62,421 nucleotides of DNA from an uncultured Gammaproteobacteria bacterium (GTDB lineage Bacteria > Patescibacteriota > Patescibacteriia > UBA9570 > JBBTWU01): contig CAYIMB010000001.1 in NCBI GenBank assembly GCA_964364425.1, positions 72,941 through 135,361 on the forward strand, written 5' to 3'. The notes below the pieces were generated by a model. That model worked only from the letters and a program-made list of their open reading frames with translations. It made no database searches and had not been told where the DNA came from. Position numbers and translations under genes: made by a program. Numbering within the stretch: the stretch's first letter is position 1; each line of letters starts with the position of its first letter. Of this stretch, positions 1 through 9,151 are shown one piece after another.

Positions 1-1045
1 TTTGCACCTCCTCTTTCGTTTGAGAAATGCGGCAAAACACATGTGCATCATCTTGGGTGAAGCCACGTACACGAGATAAGCCTAACAATTCGCCACTTTG
101 TTCGTCCCGGTAACACATAGTAGTGTTACAATAGTGCTGTGGCAACTCTCGGTAACTCCATTGTTTACGTTTGTAAATCTGAGTGTGATGCGGGCAGTTC
201 ATGGGCTTCATGGCAAATTCATGCCCTTCACGAGTTTTAATTCGGAATAGGTCATCTTTATACTTATCCCAGTGTCCACTGGTCTCATATAAATCCTTTT
301 TAGTGATATGAGGAATTTCAACCTTCTCATATCCATGTTGACGGCGCAGTTCCCACACAAATTCGTCTAATGCGTTGCGTAGCAACGTCCCTTTCGGGGT
401 CCAGAGGGGGAGTCCAGCACCAACTAAATCTGAAAAGGTGAATAAATCCAAATCCACACCAAGTTTTTTATGGTCGCGCTTCTTGGCTTCTTCCAACATG
501 ATCAGGTGAACCCTGAGCTCTTCTTTGGTGAGAAAAGCCGTTCCATAGATACGTGTCAGCATGGGCCTCTTATCATCCCCGCGCCAATACGCGCCGGCAA
601 TAGACATGAGCTTACAGTGCTGTAACTCTTTACGAGGATCTTCAGCATGTCCGCCTTTACACAAATCAAGAAAGTTGCCTGGATTATTTTCAGTGATTGT
701 TTTGCCTTGTTGGCCAAACTCTTCAATTAATTCCAATTTGTAGGGGTTATCTGCAAAGTCTTTTTTTGCCCGCTCAACAGGTACTTCTTTCACTACAAAA
801 GCACCCCAACCTTTTAGAATTTCTTTCATTTTCTTTTCTATGGCTGGAAAGTCATCTTCAGAAATTTTGACCTCACCCATATCAAAGTCTTGGTAGAAAC
901 CATTCTCTACGGCTGGTCCAATGGCGTTTTTGGCCTCAGGCCAAAGTTGTTTAACGGCTGCAGCCAGCAAATGAGCACAGGAATGACGAATACCAGAAAG
1001 GTGTTCCTCCGGGGAAAATACATGGGACTGGTCTGATTTTTTCAT
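1..1045 (-). CDS. thrS: threonyl-tRNA synthetase (N-terminus at 1045; 3' part runs off the window)
   Basis: Absent from the ORF track because it leaves the window. My translation from ATG 1045..1043 gives MKKSDQSHVFSPEEHLSGIRHSCAHLLAAAVKQLWPEAK (HxxxH editing-domain motif), then FAMKPMNCPHH and RVRGFTQDDAHVF class-II ThrRS motifs. ATGA overlap with the stop of the upstream gene at 1042. Confidence 0.9.
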   Translation of the reverse strand, partial: MKKSDQSHVFSPEEHLSGIRHSCAHLLAAAVKQLWPEAKNAIGPAVENGFYQDFDMGEVKISEDDFPAIEKKMKEILKGWGAFVVKEVPVERAKKDFADNPYKLELIEEFGQQGKTITENNPGNFLDLCKGGHAEDPRKELQHCKLMSIAGAYWRGDDKRPMLTRIYGTAFLTKEELRVHLIMLEEAKKRDHKKLGVDLDLFTFSDLVGAGLPLWTPKGTLLRNALDEFVWELRRQHGYEKVEIPHITKKDLYETSGHWDKYKDDLFRIKTREGHEFAMKPMNCPHHTQIYKRKQWSYRELPQHYCNTTMCYRDEQSGELLGLSRVRGFTQDDAHVFCRISQTKEEVQ

Positions 1046-2196
1046 AGGTTGTCTAGGGAAGAAGGTCCCGCAATCTGAATCAAAATATGATCAGCTAAGG
1101 CAGGAGCGCGTTTGATCCAGAATGGGCGGAATGTCACTTGGACAGATTTCACTTCTTCAAAGTTAGAGAAATACGTTTTAATATCTTGTTCATCTTTATT
1201 CACAATCTGTGAGCGGTCAAGTAGGGGAGAGCTGAGAGTAATACTGCTTGTGCCGGTGATAGTGACTCTGATTTTGAGCGGTTGATCTGGAGGTGTTGGT
1301 TCAGAGGTGAGTGTGTAAGTGTAGTCTGTGTATGCTGGCAACCCGGTGACTTCTGTTCCTTCTGGAGCTTGCCTTACCGCCTGCTCATTGACTAAGGTTT
1401 GGAGCTTCACCGGGTCAAAGCTCACCGTAGTCACCCGGATAGTCATCTGTATTGTTACTGAGTTGACCGTGTCTCCGGGATGGGCTGATTGTGTTTGGGT
1501 GGCCACTTCTGTGTTGACTGAGTCTTTCGTAATGTGGTCTGCGTTTTTTCCTGAAGCTTCTACTTGTGTTTTGAGATCAGCTACGGCCTGGGTGGTCAGA
1601 TCTTGCGTGAGCTTATCTTGAGCTCTCTTGATATCTGCCGCGGTGAGTACCCCGGTTTTTTTTACCCCGCCGCGCATGGGCTCATTGCTTTCACCATAGA
1701 TTTTTTCTTTTTGACTTTCATGCAAGGCTACAATTTCAAAGTGAGATGGGTCAATATTGCCTGAAGCCCCTGGTTGGTCGGCTTTTATTGGAACAGCTAC
1801 TTCTCCTCGTGCTGGGACAGTAGTGTTGTCTTGAATTCGGAACAAGATTCCGCCGTCTGACAGAAGCCGGGTGGTCACTACTAAAGGCTGATCTGCTCCG
1901 GTTTCGTTATGTAAGGTAACTGTGCCCGTAGCAAAGTCATCCTCTTCTTTTTCAGCGGTGATTTCCGTGAATTCTAAGCTGCCTGACTTTTCGGTCGTGA
2001 CAATACTTCCATTCACCTGGTTCAAAGGCACTTCCACCGTTGTGTTGAATTCTTGTGGTTCCGGTGTGATGGTAATGGTGGTTTTAGCAAATGAGAAGTA
2101 AGCAATACTGATTCCCACAATACTGGTAATAACCAAAAAAGCGACTACGACCCAGGTGGCCCAGCTTTGTGTGTGTGCTTTATTCAACCTTGTCAT
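1042..2196 (-). CDS. hypothetical membrane-anchored (single N-terminal TM) extracytoplasmic protein
   Basis: 384-aa ORF with N-terminal hydrophobic helix WATWVVVAFLVITSIVGISIAYFSF. ATGA overlaps with both dnaE (2193-2196) and thrS (1042-1045) argue for a real, co-translated gene. I recognise no family. Confidence 0.6.
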   Translation of the reverse strand: MTRLNKAHTQSWATWVVVAFLVITSIVGISIAYFSFAKTTITITPEPQEFNTTVEVPLNQVNGSIVTTEKSGSLEFTEITAEKEEDDFATGTVTLHNETGADQPLVVTTRLLSDGGILFRIQDNTTVPARGEVAVPIKADQPGASGNIDPSHFEIVALHESQKEKIYGESNEPMRGGVKKTGVLTAADIKRAQDKLTQDLTTQAVADLKTQVEASGKNADHITKDSVNTEVATQTQSAHPGDTVNSVTIQMTIRVTTVSFDPVKLQTLVNEQAVRQAPEGTEVTGLPAYTDYTYTLTSEPTPPDQPLKIRVTITGTSSITLSSPLLDRSQIVNKDEQDIKTYFSNFEEVKSVQVTFRPFWIKRAPALADHILIQIAGPSSLDNL

Positions 2197-5100
2197 GTGG
2201 TAGAGTATACCATTTTTGAGGCACCTGTTCCAAGTAGCAGGTCAACTTTCTGCACAACTTCGGGCGAAACACGGCATTTTGTATCCACCAGTTTGTCTTG
2301 TAGCTTCAGAAACACCGGAATTGGTCCGGGAGTTTCAGCTAAGATTCCTTTTAGTTTTTCTAGGTGAGACCGCTTCATACTGGAAGGAACGGTGACATGC
2401 AGCTGGGCTGATTCAATTTGATTGTTTAAGTCCGTCAGTTCCAGACGGCTGGCTTTGTCTACCACAATAGATGGGGTTCCGTTCCGGTGATTTATTTTTC
2501 CGCTGACCGAAACAGCTTGTCCTTCTTCCCACACGGTGGCAGTGGAAGCAAATGTTTTTGGAAATACTACTGCTTCTAAAGCCCCGGTCTCGTCTTCCAG
2601 GTGAACAAACAACATGGCATCTCCTTTTTTGGTGGTCACGCGTTTGACTAATTCAGCCACACCAATGACTGAGACTGGTGTGTCATCCGCCAGTCCACTG
2701 ACTGATTGAATAGTTGGTGTGAACTGACTCAGCAGGGGACGTAAGGATTCCAATGGGTGAGAAGAAATATACAACCCAAGCAGATTTTTTTCCCAGAGTA
2801 GACGTTCTAATTCTTTGACCGGAACCGAAGGTTCTAACTTGAGTTCAGGCCGTTCAGCTTGTTCGCCCATGCCTCCGCCAAACAAGGAGACTTGTTTTTG
2901 TTGTTTTATTTCTTGTGCTCGTTTGATGTAGACCAAAAAATGATCTAGGTTGGCCAAGAGTTGTCCGCGTTCGCTAAACCGGTCCAAAGCCCCGGCTTTA
3001 ATTAAACTTTCTAACGACTTTTTATTCAGGTCACGGTCTTGGACACGCCAGAGTAGATCGCTTAAAGATTGGTATGCACCGTTGGCTTTGCGTTCATCAA
3101 TCAACTTGCGGATCACATTCGCTCCAACATTTTTTATGGCGGTGAGTCCAAAGCGAATGCGCGGGTGGGTTGTCCCGGCAGTTTCTTTGACCACGGTAAA
3201 AGTGGAAAAGCTTTCATTCACGTCCGGCGCCATAATTTCCATGCCCATGCGTCGGCATTCCGTTACCTCAATAGAGATACGGTCGGTGTCCCCGTTTTCA
3301 CTGGTCAGAAGCGCGGCCATGAATTGGGCCGGAAAGTTTGCTTTCAAGTAGGCCGTACGGTAGGCAATCATGGCGTAACACGCCCCGTGGCTGCGATTAA
3401 ACCCGTAGCGGGCAAAAGGCAAGATAAAATCCCAAATCTGTTGGGCGGTTTTGTCTGGTATGCCTCCGGCCACCATTCCTTTGACCATTTTTTCTTCTTG
3501 TTCTTCCAACAGCGCCTTAATTTTTTTACCCACGGCTTTGCGCAACACGTCCGCTTGGCCGTAGGTAAATCCAGCCAAGTCGCGGGCAATCTGCATAATT
3601 TGTTCTTGGTACACGGCAATCCCGTAGGTTTTTTCCAAAATAGGTTTTAACTTTGGATGCAAGTACTCCGGCGTGCGGCGGCCATGTCTGCCTTCTATGT
3701 ATTCCGGAATAAATTCCATAGGCCCTGGTCGGTATAAGGACACCATGGCAATAATATCTTCCAACTCTTTTGGCTTGAGTTGTTTCAAGTACCGCTTCAT
3801 TCCCGCAGATTCAAGTTGAAACACGCCAGTAGTATCTCCGGCTTGAAGCAAGTTAAATGTTTTTTGATCATCCAGCGGGATAGTATTAATGTCAATTTTC
3901 TGGTCAGTGGTGACCTGTATGATATGTAAGGTATCTTCTATGATGGTTAAGTTTTTTAATCCTAAGAAATCCATCTTCAACACACCCAGGTCTTCAATAG
4001 CGTGCATTTCATATTGGGTGATAATAGACTCATCTTCAGCCCCGGCTGCTTTTTGTAGGGGGATCAGGTCGGTTAGGGAATCCCGCGTGATCACCACCGC
4101 ACAAGCGTGAGTTGAAGTATGGCGGGCCACGCCTTCCAGTTTTTTAGCGGCATCTATCACGCGTTGAGCATCTGGATCAGTGGCGTACAAGGTACTGAGC
4201 TCAGGGACAGTTTTTAACGCTTCATCTATATCAGTCATAGCTGGAATCATTTTAGCCAGGCGGTCACAGAAGCCGTAGGACAACCCCAAGACCCGCCCGA
4301 CGTCACGGACGGCTGCACGGGCCGCCATGGTTCCAAAGGTGATAATTTGAGCCACGTGATCCTTCCCATATTTCTGAGTAATGTAATGCAACACATCATT
4401 CCGGCGAGTATCCGCAAAGTCCGTATCAATATCAGGCATGGACACACGTTCCGGGTTTAAAAACCGCTCAAACAACAGATCATAGGCGATAGGATCAATA
4501 TCAGTAATGTTGGTGACGTAGGAGACCAGCGAGCCGGCGGCAGATCCACGACCAGGCCCCACAACAATCCCTTGGTTCTTAGCCCAGTTAATGAAGTCTT
4601 GCACAATCAAGAAGTAAGAAGAGAAACCAGTTTTTTCAATCACTTCTAATTCATACTTCAAACGGTCCATCACGTCTGGCCTGTCCGAGCCGTATCGTTT
4701 GTCTACACCTTCCACACATAAGCGTCTGAGTTCTTGATCTGGGGTGACGCCTGGAGGGAGGTCATACTGAGGGATTTGGATTTTGCCTAACTGGATATCG
4801 ACATTGATTTTTTCAGCAATTTTTACGGTGTTATCTACAGCCTCAGGCATATCCGCAAAAGCTGCACGCATGTGCTCCTCTGTTTTAAACGACAAATCAA
4901 CTCCGCGCATGGTGAAGCGGTCTACGTCAGTGATTTTTTGTTTGGTTTGGATGCAGAGTAATATATCTTGTTCGTTGGCGTCTTCAGGTGATAGGTAATG
5001 GCTGTCTGCTGTGGCCACTAAGTTCAACCCATGTTGTCTGGAGAGCTCTTTCAAAATTCCGTTGACCTGTTGCTGTTCTGGCTGTTCAGGCGGCTGAACT

Positions 5101-5618
5101 TCTATATACACATTCTCCGGGCCAAAAATGTCTTGCCACTGCTGTATGACAGTCAAAGCCGCTTCCGGCCCTTGACTTAAAGCGGCTCTGGCGACTTCAC
5201 CACCTAAGCACCCGGTCAGACAAATCAACCCTTCCGCGTATTGTTTCAAGGTAGTCTTGTCCACCCGAGGTTTGTAATACACGCCTTCCATGTGAGCAAT
5301 TGTGGTCAGCTTCACTAAATTCTGATATCCCGTAAAATTTTTGGCCAACAAAATAATATGAGTGTATTCACGGTCCTGTGCTCCTTCACGGTCGGACAGA
5401 TTCCGGCTGGCCACATAGGCTTCAATCCCAATAATAGGCTTGATATCTGCCTTCTTGCAGGCCTTGATTAACTCAATGGCCCCATACAACGCTCCGTGGT
5501 CGGTCAGAGCCACGGCTGGCTGCCCTAGTTTCTTGGCACGGCTAACAATTTGATCCACATGGGGTAGGCCGTCCAAAAGGCTGTAATGACTGTGCGTATG
5601 TAGGTGAACAAAAGCCAT
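2193..5618 (-). CDS. dnaE: DNA polymerase III alpha subunit
   Basis: 1141-aa ORF. N-terminal PHP domain MAFVHLHTHSHYSLLDG, polymerase core (GRGSAAGSLVSY, MPDIDTDF) and C-terminal OB region. Typical DnaE length. Confidence 0.97.
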   Translation of the reverse strand: MAFVHLHTHSHYSLLDGLPHVDQIVSRAKKLGQPAVALTDHGALYGAIELIKACKKADIKPIIGIEAYVASRNLSDREGAQDREYTHIILLAKNFTGYQNLVKLTTIAHMEGVYYKPRVDKTTLKQYAEGLICLTGCLGGEVARAALSQGPEAALTVIQQWQDIFGPENVYIEVQPPEQPEQQQVNGILKELSRQHGLNLVATADSHYLSPEDANEQDILLCIQTKQKITDVDRFTMRGVDLSFKTEEHMRAAFADMPEAVDNTVKIAEKINVDIQLGKIQIPQYDLPPGVTPDQELRRLCVEGVDKRYGSDRPDVMDRLKYELEVIEKTGFSSYFLIVQDFINWAKNQGIVVGPGRGSAAGSLVSYVTNITDIDPIAYDLLFERFLNPERVSMPDIDTDFADTRRNDVLHYITQKYGKDHVAQIITFGTMAARAAVRDVGRVLGLSYGFCDRLAKMIPAMTDIDEALKTVPELSTLYATDPDAQRVIDAAKKLEGVARHTSTHACAVVITRDSLTDLIPLQKAAGAEDESIITQYEMHAIEDLGVLKMDFLGLKNLTIIEDTLHIIQVTTDQKIDINTIPLDDQKTFNLLQAGDTTGVFQLESAGMKRYLKQLKPKELEDIIAMVSLYRPGPMEFIPEYIEGRHGRRTPEYLHPKLKPILEKTYGIAVYQEQIMQIARDLAGFTYGQADVLRKAVGKKIKALLEEQEEKMVKGMVAGGIPDKTAQQIWDFILPFARYGFNRSHGACYAMIAYRTAYLKANFPAQFMAALLTSENGDTDRISIEVTECRRMGMEIMAPDVNESFSTFTVVKETAGTTHPRIRFGLTAIKNVGANVIRKLIDERKANGAYQSLSDLLWRVQDRDLNKKSLESLIKAGALDRFSERGQLLANLDHFLVYIKRAQEIKQQKQVSLFGGGMGEQAERPELKLEPSVPVKELERLLWEKNLLGLYISSHPLESLRPLLSQFTPTIQSVSGLADDTPVSVIGVAELVKRVTTKKGDAMLFVHLEDETGALEAVVFPKTFASTATVWEEGQAVSVSGKINHRNGTPSIVVDKASRLELTDLNNQIESAQLHVTVPSSMKRSHLEKLKGILAETPGPIPVFLKLQDKLVDTKCRVSPEVVQKVDLLLGTGASKMVYSTT

Positions 5619-5624
5619 GATTTG

Positions 5625-5654
5625 ATTGTATATGAATCAAGGGAATAAAGACAA
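5625..5654 (-). promoter_or_regulatory. sigma70-like promoter directly abutting the dnaE ATG (candidate leaderless)
   Basis: Minus strand reads TTGTCT-18 nt-TACAAT-caaatc-ATG(5618). No Shine-Dalgarno between the -10 and the start. Confidence 0.4.
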
Positions 5655-5684
5655 ACATCCCCCGCTTTGTGGGCAGAGGATGTT
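5654..5684 (-). terminator. stem-loop plus U-tract downstream of the 114-aa gene
   Basis: AACATCC(5654-5660)/GGATGTT(5678-5684) stem with an inner CCCGC/GTGGG pairing. On the minus strand it is followed by TGTCTTTATT. Confidence 0.5.
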
Positions 5685-5686
5685 GG

Positions 5687-5702
5687 TGTAAATCGATTTT
5701 AA
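5687..5702. repeat. TGTAAATCGATTTACA-family palindromic motif (14/16 match), overlapping the stop codon of the 114-aa gene
   Basis: Plus strand reads TGTAAATCGATTTTAA. Contains the exact 10-mer palindrome AAATCGATTT. Confidence 0.6.
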
Positions 5703-6043
5703 CGGGACCGTCTGCGTGGGGAGCGGGGAGATTCTTCCAACTCTTCTTCGCTATCTTCCCTTTCATCCTTTGCATCCCGCCTGCGATTAATGAAATCTAC
5801 TACCCGGCCAACTTGGTCTCCCAAGGAAGACAAGGTGGCGGCGGTATTAATGACTTTCTCCTTAATCTCATCTATGGCCTCCGCCCATTCCGTCATTTTT
5901 GCATGCAACTCTTCCGTAATCTGATTGGATTGTTTGAGCAAGTGAGCCAGATAAAACAACACCCAACACAGAAAACCGGTGAACACAAGGGCGCAGACTG
6001 AAACGGTGATGTATAAAATATCTTGACTTGTTTCCAAAATCAT
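5699..6043 (-). CDS. small membrane-anchored coiled-coil protein with a charged tail (hypothetical)
   Basis: 114-aa ORF with an N-terminal TM (ILYITVSVCALVFTGFLCWVLFYLAHLL). GGAGG lies 3 nt upstream of the ATG, and TTGGCA-17-TTAATT lies upstream of that. Followed by a terminator. Confidence 0.6.
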   Translation of the reverse strand: MILETSQDILYITVSVCALVFTGFLCWVLFYLAHLLKQSNQITEELHAKMTEWAEAIDEIKEKVINTAATLSSLGDQVGRVVDFINRRRDAKDEREDSEEELEESPRSPRRRSR

Positions 6044-6090
6044 AAGCCTCCTTATTAATTAAGATAAGTGTATCATACCTGCCAAAAATA

Positions 6091-6099
6091 TGGTACACT
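6091..6099 (+). promoter_or_regulatory. extended -10 element (TGgTACACT) 6 nt upstream of ATG 6106
   Basis: Sequence tggtacact-gtgccc-ATG. No SD present. Confidence 0.4.
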
Positions 6100-6105
6100 G
6101 TGCCC

Positions 6106-6933
6106 ATGTCTGATGGAGAACAAAAAGCGTTTGGACTGGGATATTGGATTTTTACCCATAAGCGACAAGTGCATGTGGGTCAGGTGGGTGGGCTTGGTCT
6201 AGTGTGTCTGATTATTTGGGGCATTGTAGGAGTTCACTCAGTTCGCTACCTGACTAACCGCTCTGTAGACCGAGTGGTACAGCAAAGTTTTCTGGCCACG
6301 GATATTTTATTTTATTCCATTGCTACTCCACAGTCTCTCCGTGTGTTGTCTGTTCAAGTAGTCAAGCATGATGATACTCATGTGGATGTGGTAGCCTTGA
6401 TGCGGAATGACAACGCGGTGTTTGCGTCACATGAAGTTGAGGGACAATTCACTGTTGATGGAGTGAAACAAGCGCCCGTGAGTTTTTTTGTAAATGTAAA
6501 TGAAACGTTTTATCTTCCTCAGTTGTCTATTCTGTCTACTGCGTCTGATCCCAGTGTCACCTTTACCGTTTTGAATATTGATTGGTTTCGGGTGCATGGA
6601 GAACCGCTTCAGGAACGCTGGGAGGTGAGTGACCTGGCCTACACCTCCTTGGCCTTTAGTGAAGATCAAGTGGACCTGACGCGGCAGGTCAAATGGACTC
6701 TTACCAACAAGAGCGCTTACGGTTTCCGGAACGCCGTGGTGACAGTGGTCTTATTGCAAGATACGGCAGTGGTAGGTGTGGGGTCTACCGTGACAGATCG
6801 ATTTGCCTCACTGGAAGCAAAAAATTATTCGTTTACCTGGTCAGAGAGCCTGCCGTTAAGCGCAGAACCCCAAGTCCAAGTTCATGTTGACAGGACTGAC
6901 TCCAACCAGATACTCTCGCCCGATACGGATTAA
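6106..6933 (+). CDS. hypothetical membrane-anchored protein
   Basis: The ORF track opens at GTG 6100; the first ATG is at 6106. One TM (GGLGLVCLIIWGIVGV), and the remainder is predicted extracytoplasmic. The stop lies 2 nt before the SEDS gene. Confidence 0.6.
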   Translation: MSDGEQKAFGLGYWIFTHKRQVHVGQVGGLGLVCLIIWGIVGVHSVRYLTNRSVDRVVQQSFLATDILFYSIATPQSLRVLSVQVVKHDDTHVDVVALMRNDNAVFASHEVEGQFTVDGVKQAPVSFFVNVNETFYLPQLSILSTASDPSVTFTVLNIDWFRVHGEPLQERWEVSDLAYTSLAFSEDQVDLTRQVKWTLTNKSAYGFRNAVVTVVLLQDTAVVGVGSTVTDRFASLEAKNYSFTWSESLPLSAEPQVQVHVDRTDSNQILSPDTD

Positions 6934-6935
6934 CT

Positions 6936-8039
6936 ATGGGTTTCAAGCGCGCATATTCCATGCTCCAAGGCATAGACCCTTGGATCGTGATTCCAACCTT
7001 GTTACTGTTTACAACTTCAATTGTTGTTTTATTTTCTATTGACCACGCCACTGGAGGAGGGGATAGGGCAGCTAAACAGGTCATTTTTGCCGCCATAGGA
7101 CTAGCCCTGTTTGCAGGCCTATCCTTTATACGGACAGCTACTTTTGAAGCCTTTGGCCCTTGGGTATTTGTCCTGGCCGTGTTGTTATTGCTGGCTGTGT
7201 TGTTATTTGGACAAACCATTAACGGAACGACCGGTTGGTTTGTATTGGGTCCAATCAGTTTTCAACCGGTGGAGTTGGTGAAGATTTGTTTTATTTGGAC
7301 TCTGAGTTGGTATCTAAGCAGATTGGACGGTCAAACTTTTAGTTGGAAACCTATTTTGCTCAGTTTTGCCTTGCTAGTTGGGCTAGTCGGCTTAGTTCTG
7401 CTACAGCCAGACTTTGGAAGCTCCATGATGTTGGTAGCCATTTGGCTCGGCATGATTGTGCTGGTTCACCGTACAAAATGGCATTTGGGAATAGTGGCTT
7501 TGGGGATTGTGGTGACTGTAGTGGTGGGATGGTTTCTTTTAGCCGATTATCAACAGAACCGCCTGCTGACCTTTATGAATCCAGACTTAGATCCATTAGG
7601 CAGTGGATACAACGTACAACAGTCCATCATTGCTACCGGAAGCGGTGGTTGGTTTGGCCGGGGTTTAGGCTTGGGACCGCAAAGCCAGCTCCATTTCTTA
7701 CCGGAACAATCCACCGACTTTATTTTCTCTGTGATTGGTGAGGAGTTAGGTTTTTTGGGCGGCGGTACAGTCTTAGTCGTGTACCTGGTGTTGCTTTGGA
7801 GGTTGAACCTAGTGAGCCGTCTGGCTTCCGGTTCCTTTGGGTCTCTAATGGCGCATGGGGTTCTTATTTATTTCTTGGGCCAAGTCTGTATTAATGTTGG
7901 TATGAACTTGGGTCTGGCTCCGGTGACCGGGCTTCCGTTACCCCTGGTTTCAGCCGGCGGAAGTTCCATCATAGCTTCATGTATAGGTCTGGGATTAGTT
8001 CAATCAGCTGCTAAAACAGCCCGGCCTCGTCAGACTTGA
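6936..8039 (+). CDS. SEDS-family peptidoglycan glycosyltransferase (RodA/FtsW/SpoVE)
   Basis: 367 aa and polytopic. SEDS motifs FQPVELVKI, GSGYNVQQSIIATGSGGWFGRGLG, PEQSTDFIFSVIGEELGF and GLAPVTGLPLPLVSAGGSS. Confidence 0.9.
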   Translation: MGFKRAYSMLQGIDPWIVIPTLLLFTTSIVVLFSIDHATGGGDRAAKQVIFAAIGLALFAGLSFIRTATFEAFGPWVFVLAVLLLLAVLLFGQTINGTTGWFVLGPISFQPVELVKICFIWTLSWYLSRLDGQTFSWKPILLSFALLVGLVGLVLLQPDFGSSMMLVAIWLGMIVLVHRTKWHLGIVALGIVVTVVVGWFLLADYQQNRLLTFMNPDLDPLGSGYNVQQSIIATGSGGWFGRGLGLGPQSQLHFLPEQSTDFIFSVIGEELGFLGGGTVLVVYLVLLWRLNLVSRLASGSFGSLMAHGVLIYFLGQVCINVGMNLGLAPVTGLPLPLVSAGGSSIIASCIGLGLVQSAAKTARPRQT

Positions 8040-8064
8040 CAGACGATCCAAAATTTCGTACGGT
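8036..8064 (+). promoter_or_regulatory. sigma70-like promoter close to ATG 8074
   Basis: TTGACA(8036-8041)-17 nt-TACGGT(8059-8064)-9 nt-ATG. The -35 overlaps the SEDS stop codon. Confidence 0.4.
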
Positions 8065-8073
8065 TTTTGGGCC

Positions 8074-8427
8074 ATGACGACTGATATGAATTCATTTCAG
8101 CCCTCAGATACTTTGAGGTCACTGACTCATTGTCCGTGGTGTGAACATCAGTTCCAAGACCTGCAGGTCTACTTAGTAGCTGAGCAGGAATCCCTTCAAC
8201 TGTTTCATTTTGAATGCGCATCCTGCCAGACGAACATTCTGGCTGTGGTTTCGTTGAGCGGAATGGCGGTCGCCTCAGTCGGGGTGATGTCAGACTTGAC
8301 TCGCGGAGATGTACACCGTTTATTACAAGCTCAGCGGATTCAAGAAGATGATGTGATTCAACTGCACCAACTTCTGGGTCGACCAGACTGTCTCCGCCTA
8401 TTCAAAACTATTAACAAACGACCTTAG
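8074..8427 (+). CDS. hypothetical small protein with a CxxC...CxxC zinc-ribbon-like N-terminus
   Basis: 117-aa ORF with CPWC and CASC pairs. No family recognised. Confidence 0.5.
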   Translation: MTTDMNSFQPSDTLRSLTHCPWCEHQFQDLQVYLVAEQESLQLFHFECASCQTNILAVVSLSGMAVASVGVMSDLTRGDVHRLLQAQRIQEDDVIQLHQLLGRPDCLRLFKTINKRP

Positions 8428-8431
8428 TCTT

Positions 8432-9136
8432 ATGCAAACCATACAGTTATCAGCTCAAACCCGCTTCTTAGTTGGCCGCGCCGTGCGTCAACTTCGGGCT
8501 CAAGATGTCATCCCGGCAGTGATGTATGGGCATGGAACTGAGACGGTGTCTCTATCTATTCCTAGAAAAACGCTGCAACAAGCGTATGAACAAGCTGGAG
8601 AGTCTACTTTGGTTGATTTGCAAATAGACACAGCGAGTCCGGTGAAAGTGATTATTCATGATGTACAACGCAACGGCATTACCGGAAGAATTGCCCATGT
8701 GGATTTTTATAAAGTGAACATGAAAGAGAAGATTACTGCCGAGGTTCCCTTGGTATTTGTGGGTGAGGCTGCTGCGGTGAAAACCTTGGGCGGTATCTTA
8801 GTCAAGAATTTAACCAAGGTGGATGTGGAATCTTTGCCGGCAGACTTGCCCCATGAATTAACGGTTGATATTTCAAAATTAGCTACATTTGAAGATAAAA
8901 TTACCGTGGCGGACATTCAAGTGCCTGCTGGCGTGACCATTCAAGCTGAGGCGGCTGAAGCTGTGGCCTTAGTTGAACCTCCACGCTCTGAAGAAGAATT
9001 GAAAGCTCTGGAAGGTGAAGTGAAAGCAGATGTATCAGCAGTGGAAGTATTAACTGAGAAGAAAGAAGAAGGCGCTGAAGGAGAAGCCGTCGCGGCCCCA
9101 GCTGTAGAGGAAGCTAAACCAGAAGCCAAGAAATAA
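8432..9136 (+). CDS. rplY: 50S ribosomal protein L25 (long Ctc form)
   Basis: 234 aa. N-terminus LSAQTRFLVGRAVRQLRAQDVIPAVMYGHG followed by ...HDVQRNGITGRIAHVDF, typical of L25/Ctc. Acidic/Ala-rich tail. Confidence 0.9.
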   Translation: MQTIQLSAQTRFLVGRAVRQLRAQDVIPAVMYGHGTETVSLSIPRKTLQQAYEQAGESTLVDLQIDTASPVKVIIHDVQRNGITGRIAHVDFYKVNMKEKITAEVPLVFVGEAAAVKTLGGILVKNLTKVDVESLPADLPHELTVDISKLATFEDKITVADIQVPAGVTIQAEAAEAVALVEPPRSEEELKALEGEVKADVSAVEVLTEKKEEGAEGEAVAAPAVEEAKPEAKK

Positions 9137-9151
9137 CCAAATTGAGGAGGC

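Noticed and set aside
1042-1045. Alternative genetic code (UGA recoded, as in some CPR lineages)
   Set aside because: TGA ends conserved proteins at their expected C-termini. It also forms ATGA stop/start overlaps many times, for example at 1042, 2193, 34470, 47337, 48830, 49729 and 57079. This is consistent with the standard code 11.
2950-3650. 133-aa and 193-aa plus-strand ORFs inside dnaE, with similar cases at 32701-33246 inside pbp2 and 45095-45523 inside DUF4012
   Set aside because: They are antisense shadows of long conserved genes. Their composition is not protein-like and they have no start-site signals.
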